DNA from: Diadema antillarum
Taxonomy: Eukaryota
NCBI RefSeq assembly: GCF_040938485.1
Contig: NW_027271622.1
Location: 930,001 to 994,000 of the forward strand
Length of the DNA stretch: 64,000 nucleotides
Direction of reading: 5' to 3'
In this document: positions 1-11,691 of the stretch, piece after piece
Numbering within the stretch: the stretch's first letter is position 1
Layout of the letters: each line of letters starts with the position of its first letter
Notes under the pieces: model-generated
Seen by the model: only the letters and a program-made list of their open reading frames with translations
Told to the model about the DNA's origin: nothing
Databases searched by the model: none
Translations under genes and position numbers: made by a program

Positions 1-213
1 GATTATGAATGATTAATACAAAATAAAGAAATGGTAGATTTCCCAAATGTTTATTTGACGGACTATTCTGGTCACTTGGTGTTTATACTAAATTCATCCT
101 TTGTTTAAACGTGATTGATGAATTCCATAAATCGTGACATCTTATTCATTATGTCGCTTTGAAAAAGAGTGAAGTACCTAACCAAGTGAGAATTTAAAGA
201 GAATGGTCATTAA

Positions 214-589
214 AGGTACTGTTTACCATTAGGAGCAGTGATTTAAAAAAAAACTGTTCGAGTTATTACATTTGATGCATATGTGTAGGTAAGCTTTATC
301 ACAAAACATCCTACCATATAAAACTTTCGCAATAAAGCCTAGAGTACAAGGAGATATCAATAATTTTCTCAATAAACCACAACTGTGGACGGTTTATTCC
401 AGAAACAATTTCATTATAACTATTGTTCACATTTTGCATATTCAACAATACGTAACATATCTTATTATACTGATCAACACTAAAATTGTCTTTTACATTG
501 GGTGTTTCTATCCCTAATTCACATTTTAGAACTATTTTGAAGTGCTAAAGCTGGATTTTAATTTCACCTGCATATGGTAAATAATGCCT
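214..589. mobile_element. ~375-bp TTAA-flanked MITE (Kolobok-like family 1)
   Basis: Starts TTAA|AGGTACTGTTTACC and ends GGTAAATAATGCCT (imperfect TIR). Homologous copies lie at 14021-14360, 34628-35010 (inverted), 42463-42803 and 45804-46147. Confidence 0.7.
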
Positions 590-678
590 CTGATTTTACG
601 TATATGGAAATGAGCTAACTCTGAACTGGTTTGCTATAAGTATGATGACTTCTTGAATCTTTCCTTATCGCATCCCAG

Positions 679-868
679 CACTATTCTGAGTAGCGCCCTC
701 TGTAGTCTGCTGTCGCGTTGGGGAATACCCTCCTTCAACTTGGCGTTCAACGTGGTAGTTGTCTCGTTCGTCGCTGCCACTGGGCCGGATAATCACCACT
801 TCCCCCAGAAAGGAGGGGCGTCCCCTTTGCCGACGTCATGGGGAGTTGAACCTCTAGACTGGTTACAG
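679..868 (+). CDS. SLC14A: Urea transporter (SLC14/UT family), internal coding exon; upstream exons lie outside the window
   Basis: Acceptor ...catcccAG|, donor CAG|GTAGGC. Translates STILSSALCSLLSRWGIPSFNLAFNVVVVSFVAATGPDNHHFP...DWLQ, matching UT segment [23 protein letters not shown]. Joins in phase 0 to the 1523 exon. Confidence 0.93.
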
Positions 869-1522
869 GTAGGCCTTTTGCGTTCAGTAATTTTGTATAT
901 CTGATCAAATTCCCTCGAAATTTCACCACGCATGACACAATAGTTATTGTAAACAAATCTCTTTGGTCAAGATAGAATGTTTCATTCCTCACCAAGTGTC
1001 GTTGAAAGGTATTTCAAAAGTGGAGATTTGTTGTGCAGCTTAATGGAAAAAAAAAAAAACTTGGGGGCGATGATATCTTCACCTCAGGTATGTTCATATG
1101 TGGTTACGTTTGATATCAATTTTTAGTAAAAACATGAATTCATAATCGATAAAATGTCTACCTTTTGTCCCATTTTGATGAATTCTGTGTGCTTCATTCT
1201 TCATTCGTTTAACCCAACTTAATACGATATGAGGACTTATTGCACTCAAATAGAGATATGTTTATAAATGCATACATACATTTTTTTTTTCGCAAAACGG
1301 GGTAAAGCCATTTAAAAACATTTTAGGGTAACAAAGTCCATCATCAAATAGAGCAAAATAAGGCCTTTTCGGTGATACTTCACTTGTAATATAACAAGGA
1401 ACATTCTTGTAGTTTTGATTAAGAATATCCCATATTTTCTTATTGTTTATCTTGTTTTAATCGTATTATCTAAAATCAACAAAAATGGAGATAACTCGTT
1501 TTTGCGATCAAACTCTTGATAG

Positions 1523-1670
1523 ATCCTGGCGAGCATACCGAGAGGGATAGCCCAGTGCTATGGCAGCGACAACCTCGTCACCGGGTGCCTGATGAGCGTC
1601 GGAATGTTGGTTTGTTCCCCGATCGTCTGTTGTCACTGCATTCTCGGCTCCATGATGGGATCCCTAACCG
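1523..1670 (+). CDS. SLC14A: Urea transporter internal coding exon
   Basis: ttgatAG|ATC...ACCG|GTAATG. ILASIPRGIAQCYGSDNLVTGCLMSVGMLVCSPIVCCHCILGSMMGSLT aligns with UT [21 protein letters not shown]...SPLMCLHAAIGS. Length 148 nt, phase 0 to 1. Not in the supplied ORF track. Confidence 0.93.
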
Positions 1671-2934
1671 GTAATGAATAATACAGTTTCCTACCAGCTG
1701 TGTACATATCCAATATACACATTACCCGTTCCCTGCGGGATCCTGGAATACCAGGTTCCCAAAATGTACCAGGTTCCCAAGAGTGTCTGCATTCGTGGAT
1801 TAAATTTACGTTTCTTAATTTTGTGTTGTGCCAACTAGAATAGTGACTTTAAATTGACCGATTAGAGTTTCTTTTGTCAATATCTTCTCTTTTTCTTTAT
1901 CAAAACTGCTTGTATTTTTGTCTGTGTTACCATTTTCAACACAGAAATGCGCTTAATTTCGTATAAAACTCGTATTAAGACGTATGTAGCAAACGAGGCT
2001 GAGCTCACTAGATCTTGACTTTCGCTGACCCCGGCGTTCGGATGCCTTTATAATGTACAAAAACAGAGTTTGCGATCCCATCAGAGTTCGTTCTATTCAT
2101 AATCTCACGTCCGGTCGATATTTCCCATTGTTTCAATGGCACGTGCAGCTGACTGTGAAAATAGGAGTGCATAGCTGCACTACTTGACTACTTTCGCATA
2201 GGCGGATTATCAACCTGCCCGCGTTCTTTGTCAACAGGCAAAATGAATCTCGTTTGGGGGCTGCCATTATCAATGCTGCCATGACATTGAAGCCATTTTG
2301 CTCTGCTTTAAAAAAAGAAAAGAACAGAAAGATGTAGCCTTCACAGTCGCATCGGCAGAATTACACTGCATCTCTTTAAAACGTGCCATCACTTCGCAGC
2401 CCCTAACTAATTCTACTTTCCTTCTTTTTTAAATCATGCAGACTTTATCTGAGAGGTACGTTTTAAATTCCCAATAGGCTTACCTAATGGGCGCCTACAC
2501 TAAGTACAGTCTTGTCCTTCAGGTAATTTCATTATTTGATTACGAAGCCTTTTAGATCCTGTAAGCATGATGCGTCTGGAAGGAGGACCAAGATAAAAAC
2601 GTTCCCGCAAGTCTTGCAGGGACATACCGGTAAACAAGTCACAACTAAGTTAAAAAGTATTAACGTATTTCGTCACTCAAAGTCGTATTCTAATGCGGCA
2701 AATTGCCCTTGACCTAGAAATGCTTCTTTGTGGTTAACATATGATCCTACTTTAAGACCACAAGAACGTATTACTGCCGACCATTTAAGCTAGCACTTGC
2801 AAAAAACAAAACAAAACAAAACAAAACAAAGCAAAACAAGGTAAAACCACTACATTTTGAGTTTCTTCAACGCTTCGTGCGAAATGATGAGATGTCTATC
2901 CCCGAAAGGTTAAATCACCACTATGAACATCTCG

Positions 2935-3540
2935 ATCAATTCATTTCAATTCAATTCATTTACTTTCATTCTTCTTTTTCCAACAAAACATAACACAGAA
3001 TAAGTCAGGAATTACATCATAAACATAATCATACATTCGATTTTGCAAAGGATAAATGATACAGATAAACATAAGAATGCAAACTGGCAAAAATACAAAG
3101 TTATGCTTCAGTTGAGAAAAAAAAAAGAATTGAGAGGTCCACTAAAAAGCAAGCTTGTATGTTGTGAACCACTCAAACAAATTTTATGAAATACTTATTT
3201 GCAAATACCTAGCAGAAGTATAATATTGCTTTATTTATTTAATCAGTTGATTAAATAGGCAATATTTAATGTACTTTTTAAACGTAACGGCTTGTCTCTT
3301 AGCCTTTTACATTATTGAGTTGAGGTTATTCCCATCATGCTAATTTCTTTTGCAATGAAACAAATACATCAGGATAAAAAATAAATTTGATATTCGGCAC
3401 TGAATAACATAGATAAGTTGAATTTTTCGAATTTTTATTTACTCTTACGATGTACAATGTTGAAAGTATCCTTTAAAAAATACCATTATGTTGGAAACCC
3501 ATTCAACTGCAAATGTTGTAAAGTCCAATAATTATTATCA
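2935..3540 (-). mobile_element. Degenerate 3' end of a LINE (CR1/L2-like)
   Basis: Minus strand gives a broken WNNLNSIM*KAK...TFKKYIKYCL, resembling the RT C-terminal WNxLPxxI...FKxxLK motif. It is followed by an AT-rich 3' UTR and a (TGAAT)-like simple-repeat tail. Confidence 0.35.
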
Positions 3541-5478
3541 AAATAACTTTGGAGGAAAACTTACACCATAATGAATTCCAAAACACTCAAACGAACAGTC
3601 AAACAAACAGACGGACAATCAAACAAACAGACAAAAAACAGTCGAACAAATATGAACAGGCAAAAAGGGGGAAAGGGAATATATATATGTTGAGGCATGG
3701 TAGTGAACTGGGCTATGTCAGAAAACAGACCAGAGAGAGAGAGAGAGAGAAAGAAAGAAAGAGGGAGAGAAGGGGAGAGAGCAATGCAAAGAATGATAAG
3801 GTACCACTTACTTTGGTTTGTCTATCGAATCCGTAAATATTTATGTGTTGGAAGAAAGAAAATGGTCCATAAATTGATTTATGCGTCATTCGTAATACCA
3901 CCATTCGTTACGCATCTGGACCGATGGGATAGTCAAGAGTAGGAGTCCTACTATTAATGCTTGATTATAAATCTTCCTAGTAAAGAAAAAAGGAAGGACA
4001 AAGTCAATCACAAGCAGAGAGAGATAGATGGGGGGGGGGGGGAGTGAGAGAGAGAGAGGGGGAGAGGGAGAGAGGGAGGAAGTGTGTATGTGCGCGCGCG
4101 TGTGCGTGTGTGATGAAGCGAATTGGAGGAACGCCTAATGGACTTCAGCTCTTTGCCTGGCACTCTAATCACTCCTAATCGGATTTGAACCAGATATTTG
4201 TCAGAACTGGGCACTATCGACGACAACGAAGAAAAACTCTGACTCTGTATCATACACTAAATTTCATTTTTATCAAAAAATAAGAGCAAAAAAATATCGG
4301 CTCGCGGGAAATGAATTGTGGGCAGCGGCGCGCGTCAGAATTGGATTGCAAGCGACTGTAAACAAGCACGCCTTATTCGATTACGAAGAGGTTTGCACGT
4401 TCACACGAGACATTTAACACCATCTAATCACATTACGGAACAAAATAGAAAGGATGTGCACGGCGACTCTTAAAAAAAAATTAAGGATTCTGACGTACGG
4501 AGAGGACTGACTATTGCTATTCTCCGTAACGCTACCTAGGGAGGTCAATCAAAACAAAACAAAAGGTTGTCGCTTCAAATGCACCATCTTTCCTTGTAAG
4601 AATACGAGGTCTCCCTTTAATTCAAGATGACATTGCGCTAACATTCTCTCGCATGAAAAAAAAAACAAAAAAAAACAAAAAGAAAATCCAACAGAAACCA
4701 TTGTGGTGTTGATTTGTGGTTTCTTTAATTTCATCTAATCAGAATTGTCTATTAAATCAAACTGACAACCACCAGTCAGATCACTGCATAGAGTGTTCAT
4801 GTAATTTGCGATCTGAATTTCAGTCTTGTTCCTATAATTGTTTCATGGTTGTTTCCACCTGCATAAACGTTTTATCAAACATTGCATGAACAGCTTGAAT
4901 GGATATCTCACAACACAACCGACTCTGTCTTTTTCTCTCTCACATGTGTAAATCCTTTGTGCTTTTTGAGTCAATTATGTTTAGTACTTTCGGATAGCTT
5001 TGAATTTACCTTTACAGATATATCTTTTAATTTTATGATTTCTGTTTCAGTTACTTCGGTCTATCTTTCGCCACAATTTAATTTACCGCTTTCATAAACA
5101 ATGTCCATATCTTTGTAATTTTACGAGTATTTACTTCCTTTTTTTTCGGATACAAAAGAACAGAATCCTTCATCTAAAAAGAGAGAACATGTCCTCTTAA
5201 TTAACCCAATCTACTAACCTGTGATATGTATTTTTCCTATATATTCGTTTTAACGGTTATCAAATGACTAGCAATGATTTATTACGACTCCATAATATCG
5301 CTATCGTTCAATGAAGAAAATCATTAAAACTGAACCATAACTCCTCATATTCATACATCTTTTCTTTTTTCATTCATATCTAATAAATATTCATTTCATG
5401 TTTTTCTTTCATTCATGTATTCTTATGTTTCTTGCATTTTTTTTTTAATTTATTTTTTATTTTTTATTACTCCCGAAG

Positions 5479-5613
5479 GTCTGGCGCTCGCTGCCACGCC
5501 CACAGAAATCTACAATGGCAGCTGGAGCTATAACTCGGCATTGGCATGCGGGGCGATAGGGGGCGTCTTCTACGTACTGAATTGGTCTTCGCATATCATG
5601 GGTCTTCTGGCGG
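5479..5613 (+). CDS. SLC14A: Urea transporter internal coding exon
   Basis: Long pyrimidine tract, then ...cccgaAG|GT; donor GCGG|GTAAGA. (G)LALAATPTEIYNGSWSYNSALACGAIGGVFYVLNWSSHIMGLLA matches UT [31 protein letters not shown]. Length 135 nt, phase 1 to 1. Confidence 0.93.
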
Positions 5614-6556
5614 GTAAGAGCTAATCCTTCTACACTGGGAATGTATATTCAGTGCTATTCTTTGCGATACAACATGTCACACTTTTCTTTCGCAATCAGC
5701 TGGCAATGTGGTTGCTCCGAAAGGAACGAGGAAAACGGAGTTTAAAGGAAGAGTGTGAGAAAGAGGAAGGGAGGGATGAGGAAAGATGATAATAATTACG
5801 TGGAGGGAAAGAAGATTGTGGAAGAAAAAGGGAAGAAAAAAATAGAACAACAACAAAGAGGATTGAACTTTGGCACCTGGTGAAAAATCGAAAGCTTTCC
5901 TATTTTACCTATAATCGTCTGTCCGATTTTGCAATTGTAAATTTTCCGATTTTTCTCCTTTTGAACCATAGATTTTTTTAAAAACTGGGCAGAATAGATT
6001 ATGATTAACACAGACACACACACATTTTTTTTAAATGATATTCTTTATTTGAATTTCATTCAATATCAGCCAGCATCATGTTTGCAATGAAACGAATATA
6101 AACAAAACTAAGCAGCTATATTCAGCTCACTTGTGCTGCTAAATCACATTTTGTTCTTTTTTTTCTTTCAATCTTTTTCCGTTGTATATTCTATAGAGTG
6201 TATCGATGTTAACCTATGTTAGAGAGTATAGTCCAAAAATGAATCAGACGTCTCTTATCTTTACTGTCATTGAATGCTGTTAAGAATGTTTGTTTATGTG
6301 ATGTCAAAGCTTTATACGCCATATGACTTATGAAAAAGACAATGTTTTGTTCTGATCAATAAAATCCAGAAATACCAAAAAAAAAAATGCTTAATTGGAC
6401 AAAATGCACACTTGAAAATAAAGCATTTCTGAAAATTGAAAATACAGACACACACAGTGACACATAACCCTATATGAATGTATATAAAACATAGGATACT
6501 TGTGTATGACATGGATGTGTACATGAATCATGCTCCATTTTTTTCTCTCTCCTCAG

Positions 6557-6789
6557 CCGTTTTTGCAGCATGTGTACGTGGAGCCATGGCGACCTTCTTT
6601 GCGCACGTCCACTGTCCAGTCGTAGCCTTCCCCTTCTGCATCGTGGCGGGTCTCTTTCTCCTCGTGGACAGCAACAGCAAGCAGCTACTGCGCGTGCCCG
6701 CTGACCGCGTGACCTGCCCGGAAGAACACCGCAGACTCTTCAAACAGAATAATGTCGCCGTGTCGAATGCGGACGACGATCCAACGTAG
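6557..6789 (+). CDS. SLC14A: Urea transporter terminal coding exon
   Basis: ttctctctcctcAG|CC, phase 1. (A)VFAACVRGAMATFFAHVHCPVVAFPFCIVAGLFLLVDSNSKQLLRVPADRVTCPEEHRRLF...DPT* matches the UT C-terminus LPACTWPFCLATLLFL...VTYPEENR. Confidence 0.93.
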
Positions 6790-8272
6790 ACCGATCGGCC
6801 ACCGTAAACAGTTTCCGTACGGTTTATACTGAATTTTGAGGTCTCCCATTTTCATATCAAGAGACTAATTTATGGACAGAAATATTAGTGACTATACTCA
6901 TGGCGGTAAACTTTAATACATACTCGTCATCAATTCGCTAAATTCACTCAATCGGATACTTCGAGAAAAAAAGAAAAAAAATCACTAAAAGGCTACAAAG
7001 TAATTATCTTTCATGTTCATTACGTTTCACATTTTGTGTACTATGTGTTTTGATGCAATTGGATTTCATGATTTAGGACACAACATTTGATTGTCAAATC
7101 AAGACGGTCCTAGTTGACATTAATTAATTGAATTACGACATATGCATGAGATAATTATGAGATTTAAAAGTCTTTCCTACCGGCTTGAATTTAAACCAAT
7201 GCAAAATGATGAATCTCGACTTTTGAAGTTTACGCAGTTAAAACATTTTCCATGTATCTTAAGCTTTTATCTAATTCGTTGATATTATCCCCAATTTCAT
7301 TCTCATGACGACGCAGTTAGAGTTTTATCGATTATTGTTATTTTGATGCGTGGGTATAGATTGTGTATTTTCCAGATATGATAATTTAGTGTAATCTGAT
7401 CTGTATAGTGAGTGTGTGGATGTATGATCATCAGCGAAATTTACGTGATAATAATGATGTCACAACATAACATCCACTACTTCTGTTTGACACCAATACG
7501 CAGTTGGGTAATGCGAGTAGTTTGAAGCTTTAACGAACTCGATAAACATTGCCAAGCATCGTAGTTAACGCAATGTTTCAGGAAATACCTTATGCCGGAA
7601 TTGTAAAAAATCAGGTAACTGCACGTATAGGTAAAACTCCATTTTCAACATGTTTAATGTTTTTAGTTTAACAATTATGAATACAAAACAACACTTTAGG
7701 ATAAAGACCTTTGAAATACGAACATGTACAACAACCATGATAATGCAGAAATGTCCATAAAAAGAAATATGAAATGCAAGAAATATTAAGCTTTAAAAAA
7801 CTGAGGATATAAAACATAACGTTAGAAGTCAAACAAGCAGGTAATTTAAAATTGAAAGGAAATGAGAATTTGTCTCAGGTTCTTTACATACGTTTTAAAT
7901 GTAAATGGAATAGATGAATAAAACAAAACATCAAGCGCAACTTTCAATTAAGACGAATTCATGTTCACTTCAATAATATCCCATTCTTTAAAACACTAAA
8001 TCATCATGATTTAACTTATTACAAAATTAGTTCATGATTATCAGGGATCACCATTAATATGACAAACATTTCCTACCGTGTAAAAGGCTAGCAAATTTTG
8101 AAGAAATTAATTTCTGCGTCGAGTCCTTTTTTTTATTGCAACTGATTGAAAAGTCAGTTGAAGGGCAATTTCTCAATCAGCAGCAATGGAAACAACTCAA
8201 CGCTATAGAATTCATATGACTAAATACGCAGTGACGGCTGCTATGCGAGATAAGAACCAGCACTGGGCTGTC

Positions 8273-8470
8273 GGGCGAAAGCTCGGTAGTCTTGTGGATA
8301 CGACGCCTGTCTAGTGATCTGGAGATCGCTGGTTCGAGTCCAACCTGAGTATGTATGCCAATGATTTCTTATCATCATGGCTACTTCTGAAACACTGAAT
8401 AAAATACGTGCTTATCTATTTCGACGTGTTTGATGAAGGGCGATTTGTCAATCAATTGCAATAAAAACAG
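8273..8470 (+). mobile_element. tRNA-derived SINE-like element / tRNA pseudogene (tRNA-Thr(AGT)-like head)
   Basis: A box TAGTCTTGTGG and B box GGTTCGAGTCC. The middle GCCTGTCTAGTGATCTGGAGATC resembles eukaryotic tRNA-Thr-AGT GCCTGTCTAGTAAACAGGAGATC. Stems are broken, and the 3' body is shared with the copy at 8742. Confidence 0.65.
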
Positions 8471-8741
8471 CTCAATTCATTAGTGAAACTCAATAGGCAG
8501 TATCCTCTGCTATCACATGTATAAGGGATAAGAAACAGCACTGGCTGATAGTTCATTCTCAGATTCCAACCTTCATAGATCGACCACTATGTTCTATAAT
8601 ATGTTTGCATTATTATATAATGCCTCCTATATAGCTGGATATCATGTATTATTTAAGTTTGTTATATTTGGTGTATTTTTTCATCGAGAAATATGAAAAT
8701 AAAATAAAATTGAAATTGAAATTGAAATTGAAATTGAAATA

Positions 8742-8950
8742 GGGCGAATGCTCGGTAATCTTGTGGACAGGACGCCTGTCTTATAATCAGGAGATCGTTG
8801 GTTGGAATCCAATTTGAGTACGGTATGTTATATGTCCATGATTTTGCCTATCATGGCTATTCTTATAAAACACCGAATGACCGGTGCTTATCTACGTCAA
8901 TAAAGGGCAGTTTATCCATCAGGTGCAGTTAGCAAATTTTGTGTCACTGA
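8742..8950 (+). mobile_element. Second tandem copy of the tRNA-derived SINE-like element
   Basis: GGGCGAATGCTCGGTAATCTTGTGG...GCCTGTCTTATAATCAGGAGATCGTTGGTTGGAATCC, with a body homologous to 8350-8470. Confidence 0.6.
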
Positions 8951-9497
8951 ACAGCCATCATCTCCAAGCTGGTAAACAAGAAATGGTGTTTAGGATGTTT
9001 TCTTATGACTTTGTTTCAAAGTTTTCTGTCAGTAATTTAACACAAATTAGTCCTTACTGAAGTCAATGGCTCATAACGATCAAAACGTTTGCATTCAACT
9101 ACAATTTGTATGATACCTGTCTCTCACAGGGTGACAATTAACAAAAATTGCCGTTGGAATCATACAGTATTCAGAGGAGTTAGTTGTTGTTTTTTTATTA
9201 AAAGATGCGCTAACATCCTCCAAACATATATCTAGATTCAATCACACGCCTAAGACGTAGGCTAATGGTCAGAATCAAGGTACTTTTTATGATATCCATG
9301 TGCACTCTTGACAGTGCTATTTGTTCTTTTCAGTTTCAAATACGAATTCAATACATATCATATTTCATATTTCTTATTTGAAATAATTGATCAAATAAAA
9401 AAAATACAGGCGTAGATTTCTCTACACTTTCAGTAGGTATGTTTCAGCTTGTATCTCTCTCTCTTTCCGTCTTTCTCTTTATGTATATTAATTTGTC

Positions 9498-9533
<36 letters not shown>

Positions 9534-9988
9534 CTTCAACCAGGGTTCCTCTCGAGTAGGTTAGGAGATTTTATTTCAACATACCGCCTGTTGTATCTGA
9601 TCAGATTGTATATTGTTGCCCCCCGGTTGGTATAAAGTTGCAATGAATAAACATTCAAACATGTTAATATTCAACAATATAAATCATATAGTAAGGTCTC
9701 ACAAATACCTAGTTTGGTTCTCCGTGATCGTGATACCATAAGCCGCAGACCGTCAAGTACAGCAATATTCTGTTGAGCATTTTGAGTCTGGAGAAATTCA
9801 TTTACGCATTAAAAGTGAACGAAAAAAATCTTTATTATCAACTTGTGAATGACAAAGTGAACAGAATTAAACTGACACATCACTACTAAGCAATAGCTAA
9901 CACACGAAAGTTGTTAAATCAACTCTTTGATATTTCATAGTACATCGCCTGAAGTATGGTGGATCAAAGGTAGATAAAACGGTGTGAA

Positions 9989-10123
9989 NNNNNNNNNNNN
10001 NNNNNNNNNNNNNNNNNNNNNNNNNNNNNNNNNNNNNNNNNNNNNNNNNNNNNNNNNNNNNNNNNNNNNNNNNNNNNNNNNNNNNNNNNNNNNNNNNNNN
10101 NNNNNNNNNNNNNNNNNNNNNNN
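9989..10123. other. Assembly gap (135 N)
   Basis: Run of N. Confidence 1.
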
Positions 10124-11179
10124 AGAAACTATGTCCATATATTCTACTGCGCTTCAAGAGCTCTTAAATTCCTATGTTGCATAATGCTGCATGGGAAGTA
10201 AAAAAGAAATAGGCCTACGCTAAAAACATCATCTCATCACAAATATTCAGGACCCCATTACCTCCAACTGTACACCATCCTATTACATTTAAATATTTCA
10301 TTTATTTCAAAGCACAAAAGCTCTTCTGAAATTACTACTGATAACATGGAAACAGTAAAAAGAAATAGAAAAAAGGTAATATGAATATTTATGCTCTCTC
10401 CTAGAAAATACGTCAAAATCTCACCACAACTGCGAATGTCAAAATGTTATGTTTACGTCGACCAGTGGCGACTAGTAGAACTGTCATCTGCCTGTTTTTG
10501 CAAATCGCAATCTGCGATGAAGGCCTAAACGAAATGCAAGAAATATCTGTACTAAGCAACTCTTGGGTAACATGACTATACAATGCTCACTTGCAGTTAC
10601 ATGTATATATTGTAGAATTATCCCATTTTCTTTAGAGTCTTTGCATAAATTTCATAAAAGATGTACTTTTTACACGACTGCAAACAGAAGAAAGAATTCA
10701 GCAGCTGAGAACATCCACGTTGCTGCCATGGTAACTAATTATCGCCCCTTACAATTCCAAACATCTTTATCATGTTTATCGAAGAAAAAAAAAAGGCTCC
10801 ACAGCATATACAATTTTGTAAAGACAAATGTAATGATCACAACGTTAATAACTTGAATCTCAAGCAAAAGTGATGGACATATAGATAGAATGTACAATAG
10901 TTATGATGATAATGACCGTCGAGCTGGGATGAAAAAGGATGAAACGCTGAATATGACATTACAGATAAAATACATTCCGCTTCATCTGCCAGCAATCGAA
11001 TTTTAGCTGCGCACGAGAAAATGGATTTCTTTCTTCTTTTAAATAAGCTGCACCGATTAAAGGCAGAAAGGCTCTGATTAAAGACGGACTACTCTGATTA
11101 AGGGCAGTAAAGGGCGCCATCTATAGATCAAAATAACTTATAATATTTCTCATTCTTTTCTCATATCTCATATATACAA

Positions 11180-11214
<35 letters not shown>

Positions 11215-11217
<3 letters not shown>

Positions 11218-11646
11218 GGCTCGACACTAACGGTGGCCCGGTGGCCCGGGGCCACCAAAAATGAAAGTCGGGCCACCAAATTTCAAAAAAGGGCAAATTT
11301 GGTGGCCCGCCTCGGGCCACCAAAATTTTTTGAAAAGTAAGTCAATGAATTCGTAACTTTTTGCGCCGGGAATTAGCAGTTAAATTTGTTCAAAGGATGG
11401 ATGAAAAGAACTGAATGAATGCCTGAGAGTGAGTGTTGCAAGTTTGTTGAAGTTTATTTATGAGTAGATATGTCCAACTTCTAATTCTTACTATCATAAA
11501 TCTTAAATATTTGACTCATTTAAAAAAAAAAAGGACTTTTAATGTTTTTTATTGTTGTTTTTTTCGGGACACCAAATTTTTCTCTCGGGCCACCAAAAAT
11601 TTGAAATTTAGGATTTTGGTGGCCCGAAAGTTAGTGTCGAGCCATG
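11215..11646. mobile_element. 432-bp hAT-like MITE inserted in a (TA)n microsatellite
   Basis: TIR CAGGGCTCGACACTAAC ... GTTAGTGTCGAGCCATG (1 mismatch), with multiple subterminal GGTGGCCCG/CGGGCCACC motifs. TSD cannot be resolved within (TA)n. Confidence 0.8.

Positions 11647-11691
<45 letters not shown>

Noticed and set aside
8280-8351. Functional tRNA-Thr gene (likewise 8750-8820, 31190-31260, 36030-36099)
   Set aside because: Anticodon, T or acceptor stems contain several mismatches, and the heads run into SINE-like bodies.
9897-10184. ORFs spanning the N gap and low-complexity ORFs in microsatellites (e.g. 3549-4253, 14801-15046, 30741-31283)
   Set aside because: Artefacts of Ns and simple repeats.
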